In this document: in pieces, positions 48,196-57,750 of the stretch
Layout: every line of letters starts with the position of its first letter
Numbering within the stretch: position 1 is the stretch's first letter
Assembly (NCBI GenBank): GCA_048884965.1
Contig: JBHLQH010000005.1
Coordinates: 32,001-96,000 of the forward strand
DNA: 64,000 nucleotides
From: Candidatus Thorarchaeota archaeon
GTDB taxonomy: Archaea; Asgardarchaeota; Thorarchaeia; Thorarchaeales; Thorarchaeaceae
Direction of reading: 5' to 3'
The notes under the pieces: model-generated
What the model was told of the DNA's origin: nothing
Database searches by the model: none
Seen by the model: only the letters and a program-made list of their open reading frames with translations
Program-made: the position numbers and the translations under genes

Positions 48196-48468
48196 TTTTG
48201 TAACTCCTAAATAGAGGACGTTCCTTTTTCTGAAATCATACATAAAAAGGGGTCGCTACGGTCGTACCCCTCCATATTCCTAGCTAGAATGGCTGAAACA
48301 TATCATAGTGTCCTTTTCTTATGTGTTGTTACCGTGGTCGGTGCGTATTTATGTACCAACCTCCGAAGACAACTAGAAGCTGGGTTAGCCTGTGAGCAAA
48401 AGCATTGCTCCTTCCGTTGTCTATTTAATCGGAAGCTTCGCCACCAATCATGTTAAAGGTCGATATCC

Positions 48469-50430
48469 GTGACTCGAAGGAAAGGAATTGGGATTGTTAT
48501 CATCTTTCTTGTTCTACTAGTTGGCTCAGTGTATTTGCTACCCTTCTTCCAACCAGATAATGGAACTCACGGTGAAGATGAACTTGAAATCACACCTCAT
48601 CCATACAACGACCTTAATTGGTGGGATATTCCGTGGGAGTTGGCTTCCAGTGCTAATCTTGTGACCCACATGCTTGCCATTGATCGCAACAGCTATCGCC
48701 ACATGCTAACAGTTCCTGGTGAATACTACGATGCGGCTGAAACCATAGCTGGAATCCTTGAAGGATACGGTCTTGAAACTTGGTATGAAGGGGCACATGA
48801 GTCACTAATGGCTGTGAAGAGAGGGTTTGGAAGCGACAACAGGGCCTTGGTTTTCACTGCATATCTCGATACTGAAGTTGGCTATGCCTACACTCTGCAA
48901 CACAATACCGGGGCGTGCGCAATGTTAGCCCTAATAGCGGAGCTTCTCAGAAATTACAGACTTTCAATTGATGTTTACTTCTGTTTTCCTTCATACTCAA
49001 AATCAGGTGACTATACACCAAGTGGTATTCTTGTTCCACTCCATTATGGCGCCCAAGAGATTTCTGATTATCTCATAGCCGAGTCTGTCGATGTACTTGC
49101 TTTGTATGATTTTGAGGGACTTATGCTCGCTGATGAAGGCTATTTCGTAGGATATGATGGAACTGAAACCTATCGACGTTCTACATTCCTTATTGAGATG
49201 TTGGACGTATTCCTGAAGCAGGGTGGGTATGACATCCTCACTTCTGGAATAAATGATTTTGATCTTTCTGATCAAGTTGTGTATCTCGCAAGAGGTTTTC
49301 CAACCATTCATGTAGAAAGCGTTGCAGAGATAGATTCAGAAGACCCCCCTTCTGATACGATTTACAGCTCTGACTATAACAATGAATATGTTACTGCTCT
49401 AGGAAAGGCATGTGCTGCAATGGCAGTATTCCTCTCCTATAGTGGGAATGGGAACGATGTCAAGCAGTTATACGTAACAGACTTGGAGCCATCAAGTTCA
49501 GCTACAATATGGACTATGATGTCATCGAGCCAGAGCATCTTTGTTTACGCTCAGTCCAATGTGAGCACTTCAATAAGGTTCACACTTCAAAGTCCCCTTG
49601 GCGACACGATTACTGAGATGACCGAAGAGGGGCAGAACATCACTTCCTCCTTCAGTGTGAATTCAGGTATAGGTCCCAAATTGATTACAGTTAGAAATAA
49701 CGGTAACGAGAGCATTCACATTAGGGTCACTTTCGAGTATATCAACGACTTTGATGGTGATAGTATCAGTGATGCAGAACAATATACTTGGGATGATCCC
49801 GTACCTGCATTAGACTGGGATCATGATGCACTCTCTGATGAGGATGAGGTTATTGCAGGTACCGATATTTTTGTAGATGATACAGACATGGACTCAATGT
49901 CTGATGGGTATGAATATGTTTTTGGATTAGATCCTCTCTCCGATGACACCTTGGAGGATCTCGACCAAGATGGACTAACTAATCTACGAGAGCTTGGGCT
50001 GGGTACATTTCCAAATAGCACAGACACTGATCAAGACACTCTGGATGATAATTGGGAGGTCACATTTCTAACAAATCCTCTCGTCGATGATGCCCAAGAG
50101 GATCCTGATAATGATACTCTTACTAACCTTGAAGAGTATGAACATGGTGCAGATCCATTGTCATCGGATGGTGACTTTGATGGCATTCCTGATGCTGATG
50201 AAGTAGAATTGGGCACGAATCCCTTAAACTCAGATTCTGACTCTGATGGACTTAGAGATCAGCTTGAGATACTTGAAGGACTAGATCCACTTGTACCAGA
50301 CTATGATGTGGATCTATCACCTGATGGACCTGATAGAAATCCACGTATCAACGCGCTGCTCGTCATCATTGGATTGGCACTTATTCCTGTCCTTATTGGA
50401 ACTGCCTATTTCTTCAGGAAAATCCGCTAG
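48469..50430 (+). CDS. Membrane-anchored protein: degenerate M28 peptidase-like domain + beta-sandwich + Ca-binding TSP3-like (DxDxDG) repeats (paralog 1)
   Basis: N- and C-terminal TM helices; M28 fold motifs without Zn ligands; repeated D.D.DGL.D..E...GT.P. Confidence 0.78.
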   Translation: MTRRKGIGIVIIFLVLLVGSVYLLPFFQPDNGTHGEDELEITPHPYNDLNWWDIPWELASSANLVTHMLAIDRNSYRHMLTVPGEYYDAAETIAGILEGYGLETWYEGAHESLMAVKRGFGSDNRALVFTAYLDTEVGYAYTLQHNTGACAMLALIAELLRNYRLSIDVYFCFPSYSKSGDYTPSGILVPLHYGAQEISDYLIAESVDVLALYDFEGLMLADEGYFVGYDGTETYRRSTFLIEMLDVFLKQGGYDILTSGINDFDLSDQVVYLARGFPTIHVESVAEIDSEDPPSDTIYSSDYNNEYVTALGKACAAMAVFLSYSGNGNDVKQLYVTDLEPSSSATIWTMMSSSQSIFVYAQSNVSTSIRFTLQSPLGDTITEMTEEGQNITSSFSVNSGIGPKLITVRNNGNESIHIRVTFEYINDFDGDSISDAEQYTWDDPVPALDWDHDALSDEDEVIAGTDIFVDDTDMDSMSDGYEYVFGLDPLSDDTLEDLDQDGLTNLRELGLGTFPNSTDTDQDTLDDNWEVTFLTNPLVDDAQEDPDNDTLTNLEEYEHGADPLSSDGDFDGIPDADEVELGTNPLNSDSDSDGLRDQLEILEGLDPLVPDYDVDLSPDGPDRNPRINALLVIIGLALIPVLIGTAYFFRKIR

Positions 50431-50501
50431 ATGCCATTGTGCTATAGTCGCACGCTTTATCAAGGAATACGCATCACGCCAAATACGCAGGCGGTACCAA
50501 A

Positions 50502-52463
50502 TTGTCGAGCAGAAAAAAGGCAGGATCTGTTCTCTTCTTAGTGTTGATACTAAGCGCTGTGAGTTATGCCCTCTTCGTTGAATTATATCCAAAGGAAGAG
50601 ATCGTTCCTAATGAAGTCGAGATTATCCCTCATTATTTCAATTCTCTCAACTGGTGGGATTTGCCATGGGAACTAACTGGAACTGGAGAGTTCCTAACAC
50701 CCTTGGTTGCCATGAACGGTGTTCCAAACCGACATCATACTGCAAACCCTGGTGGATACATCGAGGCAGCTGAGTATCTCATTCAGTTACTTGGCGGATG
50801 GGGTATTGAGGCAGATCTAGAAGGTGACTTTCAGTCTGTTTTGGCTCTACAGAGAGGATACTCTGAAAGCAACCGTGCCATTGTCTTTGGTACTCCTCTC
50901 GATACTGCACCATCTTCATCGACTGTGAATTCCAATAGCGCTGGAGTTGCAGTGTTGACTCAGATTGCCCGCATTCTAAGTAGATTCAGATTGCCTGTGG
51001 ATATCTACTATTGCTATTACTCATATTCCATGTTCACTGATCAAGACATCCGTGTACTTTTTGGATCTCAGGAAATAGCGGATGCATTCTTAGATCAGGG
51101 TATTGATGTGATTGCCAGCTTCCATTTTGAGAACCTCCTTTTCTATGATGCAGCACAGGATCCATTTTCAGCACTGCTTGCTGAGTACTCTCCTTCCATC
51201 TCAAGCTATAATGCAGGGGAGTACTTTGCTGACCTTCTAGATTCGATTCTAACCCAGAAGGGGGTCAGTGCCCTTTCTACTAGTGCGTCTACCTCATATC
51301 GCAGCGACTATCTCTCGTTCCTAGACAATGGGTACCCAGCAATCAATATTCGGAGTGGGCACATTATCGATTCAGAGTTCCCTCCAGTTGATGGGGTCTA
51401 CAGCTCTGATTACAATCGAGATAATGCGATGGCTTTGGCAAAGGCATTGTCATCAGTTGCTGTGTTCCTTTCTAATAGTGGGGATGGAAAGCCCATCGTT
51501 CATACCTATACTACGGCAATCGAGCCTGGCTCTACAGCGTACCTCTACACAGTCATGTCAGTCAGTCAGCAACTTGAAGTTAAGGGCATGATGAATGAAA
51601 CAAACAGTCTTGAGATAAGGATTGCCAGACCTGATTCAGTAATTGTTGACGGTGTCGTTACAGGAGCTGATTTCTCTATCACATCTGGATCGTCCTCTGG
51701 GTATGGTCCAATTCTGATATCTGCTAGGAATCTTGGGGATACCTCTATGAATGTCACTCTGAGCGTAGAATACGAGCTCGACACCAATGGAAATGGTATC
51801 TACGATTCGGTTGAGTACTCATGGGATGATCCTGTGCCTGCTTTGGACTGGGACCAAGATGCTTTGAGTGATATTGACGAAGTGCTATCTGGAACAGATA
51901 TCTTTGTGGCTGATACCGATATGGACTCTATGAGTGATGGTTTTGAGGTCCAATATGGCCTAGATCCCCTGAGAGATGACACCCAAGATGATCTTGACGC
52001 AGATGGACTAACCAATATACGGGAGCATTCATTGGGTATCTATCCAAATACGACTGATTCAGATGGAGACATCATGGACGATTACTGGGAGGTCACCTTC
52101 TTGACGAATCCACTTCTTGATGATTCATTGCTTGACTTCGACAACGATACCTTAACCAATCTTGAGGAGTACCAGTATGGTGCTGATCCATTCTCGAATG
52201 ATGGTGACTATGATGGCATCTTGGATTCTGAAGAGGTCGCTCTAGGGATGAATCCCCTAAATTCGGATTCCGACATGGATGGGCTTCGAGACCAACTTGA
52301 GCTTATAGAAGGCCTCGATCCTCTCACTCCTGACTATGATATCGATGTACAACCAGATGGTCCAGATCATAATCCAAGGGTGAATTCTCTTTTAGTGATC
52401 TTTGGCTTGGCATTGATTCCTGTGGCTATAGGAACGATGATATTCTATCGTCGATTGAATTAG
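50502..52463 (+). CDS. Membrane-anchored degenerate M28-like / TSP3-repeat protein (paralog 2)
   Basis: Same length (653 aa) and architecture as 48469..50430; shared LNWWD.PWEL, WDDPVPALDWD and DGLRDQLE blocks. Confidence 0.78.
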   Translation: MSSRKKAGSVLFLVLILSAVSYALFVELYPKEEIVPNEVEIIPHYFNSLNWWDLPWELTGTGEFLTPLVAMNGVPNRHHTANPGGYIEAAEYLIQLLGGWGIEADLEGDFQSVLALQRGYSESNRAIVFGTPLDTAPSSSTVNSNSAGVAVLTQIARILSRFRLPVDIYYCYYSYSMFTDQDIRVLFGSQEIADAFLDQGIDVIASFHFENLLFYDAAQDPFSALLAEYSPSISSYNAGEYFADLLDSILTQKGVSALSTSASTSYRSDYLSFLDNGYPAINIRSGHIIDSEFPPVDGVYSSDYNRDNAMALAKALSSVAVFLSNSGDGKPIVHTYTTAIEPGSTAYLYTVMSVSQQLEVKGMMNETNSLEIRIARPDSVIVDGVVTGADFSITSGSSSGYGPILISARNLGDTSMNVTLSVEYELDTNGNGIYDSVEYSWDDPVPALDWDQDALSDIDEVLSGTDIFVADTDMDSMSDGFEVQYGLDPLRDDTQDDLDADGLTNIREHSLGIYPNTTDSDGDIMDDYWEVTFLTNPLLDDSLLDFDNDTLTNLEEYQYGADPFSNDGDYDGILDSEEVALGMNPLNSDSDMDGLRDQLELIEGLDPLTPDYDIDVQPDGPDHNPRVNSLLVIFGLALIPVAIGTMIFYRRLN

Positions 52464-52485
52464 AGCATTCAGAAAAAGATGGAAG

Positions 52486-52505
52486 TGCGGCGGGATTCCG
52501 CCGCA
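52486..52505. terminator. Hairpin between convergent genes
   Basis: TGCGGCGG-gatt-CCGCCGCA flanked by A/T tracts. Confidence 0.55.
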
Positions 52506-52512
52506 TTGAATT

Positions 52513-53874
52513 TTATGTTTCAGGTGCTTTGGGAATGAAGCCCTTCTCATAGAGAATCTCTGAAGACTTACGAGCAGTTCGGATGACATGCTCCGCATGT
52601 TCATAGAGTTTCTTCTCTTCCCAGTGAACTCGAGCGATACCCTGTTCTATTGCTTTCATACCAACTGCAGTTGCTTCGGCTGGATAGAGTTCCCATTGGT
52701 CCATGGTTGGAATGACCTTCTTATCGCTGGCTTCCTTTGCACCAAGATCTGCCAGAGCTTGAGCCGCAGCGACGCACATCTCATCAGTGATAGTGTGTGC
52801 CCGTACATCCAAGGTACCACGGAATATACCTGGAAATCCGAGAGAGTTGTTGATCTGGTTGTCGAAATCGCTTCGACCTGTACCAACAATCCTGGCACCT
52901 GCGTCAATTGCGTCCCAGGGCCATATCTCAGGTAATGGATTCGCGCATGCGTACACAATGGAATCAGTAGCCATCTTTGAGACCCATTCCTTCTTGATAC
53001 TTCCAGGCACTGGTCGTGATGCGGAAATCAGTACGTCCATTCCATCGATAACCTCTCCAAGGTCTCCGGTCATCCTGTCTGGATTCGTCTTTTGTGCTAG
53101 ATCATACTTGAAAGTGTCATAGTCCTTCTCTGCAATGATGTCCTCACGGTCTTTGTAGATTGCTCCCTTGCTATCAACCATTACGACGTTCTTGAGATTG
53201 ACTCCAGCAGCATCTAGGAGATATGCCGTCCGAGTATTTGCGGCGCCTACACCAAGCAGGGCAACGCGAATATTCTCAATATCTTTCTTTACAACATTGA
53301 GACCACCAAGCACACCTGCCAATACAACGGTAGCTGTACCCTGTGCATCGTCGTGCCAGACCGGGATCTTCACCTCAGGATCCTTTCGGAGTTCTTCTAG
53401 AACCTTGTAACACTTCGGTTTTGAGATATCCTCCAAGTTAATACCACCAAAGGTAGGCTGCAGTAACTTAACGGTTCGGATGATCTCATCTGCATCTTTC
53501 GTGTCCAAGCAAATTGGCCACGCGTCAACACCACCGAGATATTTGAACAGGATCGCCTTACCTTCCATAACAGGTCCTGCTGCATATGGTCCGATATCAC
53601 CGAGTCCTAGGACTCGAGTGCCATCGCTAACGACAGCGACCATATTTCCTCTGTTCAGCATATCATAGGAGGCTTCTTCATTCTCTTTGATTGCTAAGCA
53701 CGCCTTAGCAACACCTGGTGTGTACCAGATTGCGAAGTCATCGAAGCTGCGTACTGGCGCTTTTCCAATAGACATGATCTTACCCTTATAGAATGGGTGG
53801 AGAATCATGGCGTCTTTCCCAGGCTTCTCTGCCTTCTTCTTCAGTTCTTCAACTGTCTTGTCATCAGAAGTCAC
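52513..53874 (-). CDS. NAD(P)-dependent malic enzyme
   Basis: YTPGVA, VSDGTRVLGLGDIG, MEGKAILFK, INLEDI, HDDAQGTA, ANPLPEI and NQINNSLGFPG. Confidence 0.94.
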   Translation of the reverse strand: MTSDDKTVEELKKKAEKPGKDAMILHPFYKGKIMSIGKAPVRSFDDFAIWYTPGVAKACLAIKENEEASYDMLNRGNMVAVVSDGTRVLGLGDIGPYAAGPVMEGKAILFKYLGGVDAWPICLDTKDADEIIRTVKLLQPTFGGINLEDISKPKCYKVLEELRKDPEVKIPVWHDDAQGTATVVLAGVLGGLNVVKKDIENIRVALLGVGAANTRTAYLLDAAGVNLKNVVMVDSKGAIYKDREDIIAEKDYDTFKYDLAQKTNPDRMTGDLGEVIDGMDVLISASRPVPGSIKKEWVSKMATDSIVYACANPLPEIWPWDAIDAGARIVGTGRSDFDNQINNSLGFPGIFRGTLDVRAHTITDEMCVAAAQALADLGAKEASDKKVIPTMDQWELYPAEATAVGMKAIEQGIARVHWEEKKLYEHAEHVIRTARKSSEILYEKGFIPKAPET

Positions 53875-54112
53875 TATTGTTGCCCCTACTTCTTTGTACT
53901 AGCCGGCTGCAATGAGCCAGACGAATTCGAGCTGGACAGGAGCCTGTATTAAAGAGTATCCATTGTGATACATGGCTGAGAATCAAAGTGCTTACATATC
54001 TTTAATCAGATGTTATATTGCCTACATTTTGTAATCATTTGAAATGGATTGGTTCAGATTCTTCACTTCAAGATTTCTGCGTTTGGTTTGATGAATTCGA
54101 TGTATGATGACT

Positions 54113-54592
54113 TCAAAGCTGTAGTTTCCAATACTTGAGCACCTGCTGAGCATGCCGGCTGCTCCTTACTTTCTCTCTGCCTTCACTACCTCCAAAGATG
54201 GCTTCGATATTCCCATTTCCATCGATCAAGAAAGTAACTCTCTGAACTCCTAGAATCTCCTTCCCAAAGATCCGAAGAGGTTTATACACACCGTATAGTT
54301 TTGCTATGGACTTGTCTCTATCCACAAGAAGGGGGAAGTTGATCATGTTCTTCTCCTTGAATTTCCTATGTGATTTCATCGACCCTCCTGAGATGCCAAC
54401 CACCGGGATTCCTGCATCTTCAAACACATGGAAGCTATCCCTAAACGAACACGCCTCGCGGGTGCAATTCACAGAATCGTCTTTAGGATAGAAATAGACA
54501 ACAATTCTCTTTCCTCTATGATCGACCAAACGAAACGGATTTCCCGATTCGTCAATTGTCTCAAATTCAGGAGCCTTGTCGCCTACCCTCAT
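54113..54592 (-). CDS. bcp: Peroxiredoxin BCP/PrxQ (paralog 3)
   Basis: YFYPKDDSVNCTREACSFRD and RVTFLID. Confidence 0.9.
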   Translation of the reverse strand: MRVGDKAPEFETIDESGNPFRLVDHRGKRIVVYFYPKDDSVNCTREACSFRDSFHVFEDAGIPVVGISGGSMKSHRKFKEKNMINFPLLVDRDKSIAKLYGVYKPLRIFGKEILGVQRVTFLIDGNGNIEAIFGGSEGREKVRSSRHAQQVLKYWKLQL

Positions 54593-54608
54593 CTCGAACC
54601 CAGCTACG

Positions 54609-55085
54609 TTACAGCTTTAGTCCCCAGAATTGAGCGATTTGTGATGCATGCTGGCTGGATTTCACCTTGTCTATTCCTTCTGATCCGCCAAAGATCGCCT
54701 CGATTTTTCCTTCCTCGTCAATAAGATATGTAATCCTTTTCACACCTATACCAAGCAAGCTCAACTTACTCTTTGCATCGTACAGGTCAGCTATCTTCAG
54801 ATCTTCATCCATCAGAATCGCGAATGGTAGATTATGTTTATTTCTGAAGTTTTGATGCAACTCAGCTGAGCCGCCTGAAATTCCATAGATAGGAATCCCT
54901 GAATTCTCAAAAAGCTGGTAATCGTCCCGCAGTGAACATGCTTCTTGTGTACATCCTGGTGTGAAATCACGAGGATAGAAGTAGAGAACAACTTTCTTTC
55001 CACGCTGTGTACTTAATTTGAAAGCATTCCCAGCTTCATCAGTAGTTACAAAATCGGGTGCAACATCACCAACAGCTAATACCAC
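54609..55085 (-). CDS. bcp: Peroxiredoxin BCP/PrxQ (paralog 2)
   Basis: YFYPRDFTPGCTQEACSLRD and RITYLID. Confidence 0.92.
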   Translation of the reverse strand: MVLAVGDVAPDFVTTDEAGNAFKLSTQRGKKVVLYFYPRDFTPGCTQEACSLRDDYQLFENSGIPIYGISGGSAELHQNFRNKHNLPFAILMDEDLKIADLYDAKSKLSLLGIGVKRITYLIDEEGKIEAIFGGSEGIDKVKSSQHASQIAQFWGLKL

Positions 55086-55098
55086 TTCAATTTCACCT

Positions 55099-55581
55099 CT
55101 ATAGTTTCAATCCCCAGAATTTGATTACTTGATCAGCATGCTCTTTGGTATTGACTTTCTCAATACCTTCTGGACCGCCAAAGACGCCTTCTATATTGCC
55201 TTTCTCGTCGATAAGGAATGTCGTACGTTCAATGCCCATGTATTCCTTTCCGTACATCTGTTTCTTCACGTAGACACCATAGAGTTTTGCTATCTCAAAT
55301 TCCTCGTCCATCAGGAGTGGGAATGGAAGGTCATACTTATTCTTGAAGTTCTGGTGGCTTTTCGCATTTCCACCGGAGATCCCATATACTGGGATGTCAC
55401 TTTTCTTGAATGCACTCCATGCATCTCGTATCGAACATGCCTCAGCTGTGCATCCACTTGTATTATCCTTTGGATAGAAGTATATCATCACTTTCTGTCC
55501 TTTTAGCTTACTTAATTTGAATGGATTTCCAGACTCGTCGATAGTGTCAAAATTTGGTGCTTTATCTCCCTGCTTTAACAT
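55099..55581 (-). CDS. bcp: Peroxiredoxin BCP/PrxQ (paralog 1)
   Basis: YFYPKDNTSGCTAEACSIRD and K.MYGKEYMGIERTTFLID. Confidence 0.93.
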   Translation of the reverse strand: MLKQGDKAPNFDTIDESGNPFKLSKLKGQKVMIYFYPKDNTSGCTAEACSIRDAWSAFKKSDIPVYGISGGNAKSHQNFKNKYDLPFPLLMDEEFEIAKLYGVYVKKQMYGKEYMGIERTTFLIDEKGNIEGVFGGPEGIEKVNTKEHADQVIKFWGLKL

Positions 55582-55639
55582 CTTATCACCTTACAATTCA
55601 CAATAGTTAAATATAATATCTATTCTTTGGATTTAAGCA

Positions 55640-56713
55640 TTGTGTCATATGACGAATCTACCGACAAGGCTTAAAGTGGCACAAGCTGTCAGACAGATAT
55701 TGGGCGGTGGAATGATGGAAGGACCAATATACTTTGAATCTATGAAACGTTTCTATATTTCATTGTTAGCACTAATTCTTATCGTTCAGATAATTGGATT
55801 TAGCCTAGGATCCTTGTATGATTTCTCTTCATTTAACTTGATAGTGCTACTAGGAATATCCGTTGCAGTTCCTGTTCTTCTCTCTTTCATCGGATTCTAT
55901 GTAAGCTGGAAGCTAAAGAAGACGAATATCAGGTATGAACCAATAGTATGGAATTATCAGCCGGTCCAGCTCAAACTTGATGAAGTGAAGAAACTCACAT
56001 CCCAATACCGAAAGAAGTATGCACGTTTGGTCGCGGTTCCGTACATATGGTACTACTATCTGCCAATCTTCTTGACTATCCTTGTATTCACAATACCTCT
56101 CTATACCTACTTCATCGCCCCTTCTTTGACCCAATGGAATTTTCCTCTCTATGTCCTCATCTTGAACCTAATCTTTGGACTTTCTTTCTGGGGCGGTTGG
56201 AGGTCAACTTCAACTGAAGCATCAAAGGATTTTACATTGCCACTTATCAGAGAGTCCTTGAAACTTGCACGAACACAAAGCAAAGTCAATGGTATTTCGC
56301 ACATTCGAGTTGTTATGGATAAAGCAGAGCAGGAAGGGTATGAGATTTACAGAAATCCAAGAGTCGTAGCACGTATCGAGGGGATTGAGAACGAGTCGTA
56401 CTTGGAATCTTGGACAGAAGAATTCGGTTCCATCGATAAGATAATGGTCCGGATTCTAGCAGGCAACGCAAAGCCTGAGATTGTTTGGTGGTGGCAGAAT
56501 CGAGATAGATGGTTCAGGAAATATATCGGCGATTCTGAAGATAGCTATTATGTCAAGAATCCTGTCCCTTCAAGAGTACAGGAGCTAGGTGTGAAGGATG
56601 TCAAGCTAGTGACTGAGAATGGTGTCGCAATATTGATTCTGGAGTGGCAAAAAGAAAGAGATCCGAACAAACGCCTTCAGGAGATACTAGATGTCCTACA
56701 GATTCCTCATTAG
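55640..56713 (+). CDS. Hypothetical 4-TM membrane protein with a C-terminal soluble domain (paralog A; start probably later, ~55712)
   Basis: Two TM pairs separated by a YEP..W...Y.KKYA loop. Confidence 0.75.
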   Translation: MCHMTNLPTRLKVAQAVRQILGGGMMEGPIYFESMKRFYISLLALILIVQIIGFSLGSLYDFSSFNLIVLLGISVAVPVLLSFIGFYVSWKLKKTNIRYEPIVWNYQPVQLKLDEVKKLTSQYRKKYARLVAVPYIWYYYLPIFLTILVFTIPLYTYFIAPSLTQWNFPLYVLILNLIFGLSFWGGWRSTSTEASKDFTLPLIRESLKLARTQSKVNGISHIRVVMDKAEQEGYEIYRNPRVVARIEGIENESYLESWTEEFGSIDKIMVRILAGNAKPEIVWWWQNRDRWFRKYIGDSEDSYYVKNPVPSRVQELGVKDVKLVTENGVAILILEWQKERDPNKRLQEILDVLQIPH

Positions 56714-56763
56714 GATTTCGAAACAGCAATAACCAATCGATTAGAATGATGCGATGAAAGCTT

Positions 56764-57678
56764 ATGACAGAGCCTATTGAGCATGACTATGCTCCTTCTT
56801 GGTATTATTATGGACTGATATTCTTGACTATTATTATCTGGACGATTCTTTCAGTCGAGATTATCAATTTGCTGTTTGGGCTCATTGTTTCTGATAGTAT
56901 AGTCTGGCTCATGCTTTCCAGTATGCTGATATTTTCCTACTCGATCCCAATTGCAATTCTTATCTGGCGGATGAAGATGTCCATTGAGCTTTTGGAGCCC
57001 GAATGGGAATATAAGGAAAGATTCGTTACATTCAATGAGTTCCGCAACATGTGTATGGAATACAAGAAGAAATATGCCTTCTTCACCTCCAGAATTGACT
57101 ATCGCGGTATCTTTTCTGTAAGTGTTGTAATTGTTCTCGCTCTCTTCATCCCCCTTCTCTTAACCTATCTTGGTGCAATACTACTTGCACTTCTGCCACA
57201 AGTATTTGGGGCATTCATGATCATTCTTGGGATATTGTATGCAAGCATCCTCTATGCTGGATTGCCCAGTCCTTTATATGAAGAGTTTCCAATTCTATCA
57301 CCTACTTATTTCGGAAAGGCTCTTAGCTCTATCTATGAAATACCTGCCCTTTCATGGATTGGAATCAGGTTGAGAATTGGAGAATGGCATGGATACTATA
57401 CTCTACGTGAACCAGTAATCGCTGCGAAGATTGAGAATCTGGAAAGTGCAACTACTGTTCTCTTCTATGTCGATTCTCGTGGAATTGTTGAGTCGGTTCA
57501 ATTTAGCAATGAGTCCAGCAGAAATGATTTCCCGAAGGATATGAGAAAGTCGTATCCAAGCTCCTTTGATATTGTTGAATTGCTTCGAGGATTTGTTCTC
57601 TGGTATGCTAACGCATTGGATGACAAGGAACTTCTAGATGAAACCCTTGACGAGCTTGGTATAGATTCCTCAGGTTAA
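56764..57678 (+). CDS. Hypothetical 4-TM membrane protein (paralog B)
   Basis: Same layout; LEPEW...EYKKKYAF; REPVIAAKIENLE. Confidence 0.78.
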   Translation: MTEPIEHDYAPSWYYYGLIFLTIIIWTILSVEIINLLFGLIVSDSIVWLMLSSMLIFSYSIPIAILIWRMKMSIELLEPEWEYKERFVTFNEFRNMCMEYKKKYAFFTSRIDYRGIFSVSVVIVLALFIPLLLTYLGAILLALLPQVFGAFMIILGILYASILYAGLPSPLYEEFPILSPTYFGKALSSIYEIPALSWIGIRLRIGEWHGYYTLREPVIAAKIENLESATTVLFYVDSRGIVESVQFSNESSRNDFPKDMRKSYPSSFDIVELLRGFVLWYANALDDKELLDETLDELGIDSSG

Positions 57679-57750
57679 TCCAAGGTACCAAACTACAAAG
57701 CCAATCGATGAGCTTATACACTTGAACTGCTACCATTTCCATGTGGCAGG

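Noticed and set aside
48244-48468. Short inverted repeats in the divergent intergenic region (AGGGGT/ACCCCT, GAGCAA/TTGCTC, CTTCCG/CGGAAG) as an ncRNA or riboswitch
   Set aside because: The stems are only 6 bp and match no RNA family I recognise. They could be operator sites, but I cannot support that.
54609-55110. C-terminal -LKL of two peroxiredoxins as a peroxisomal PTS1-like signal
   Set aside because: It is a three-residue non-canonical match, the third paralog ends in LQL, and there is no evidence of a receptor. Chance is the likely explanation.
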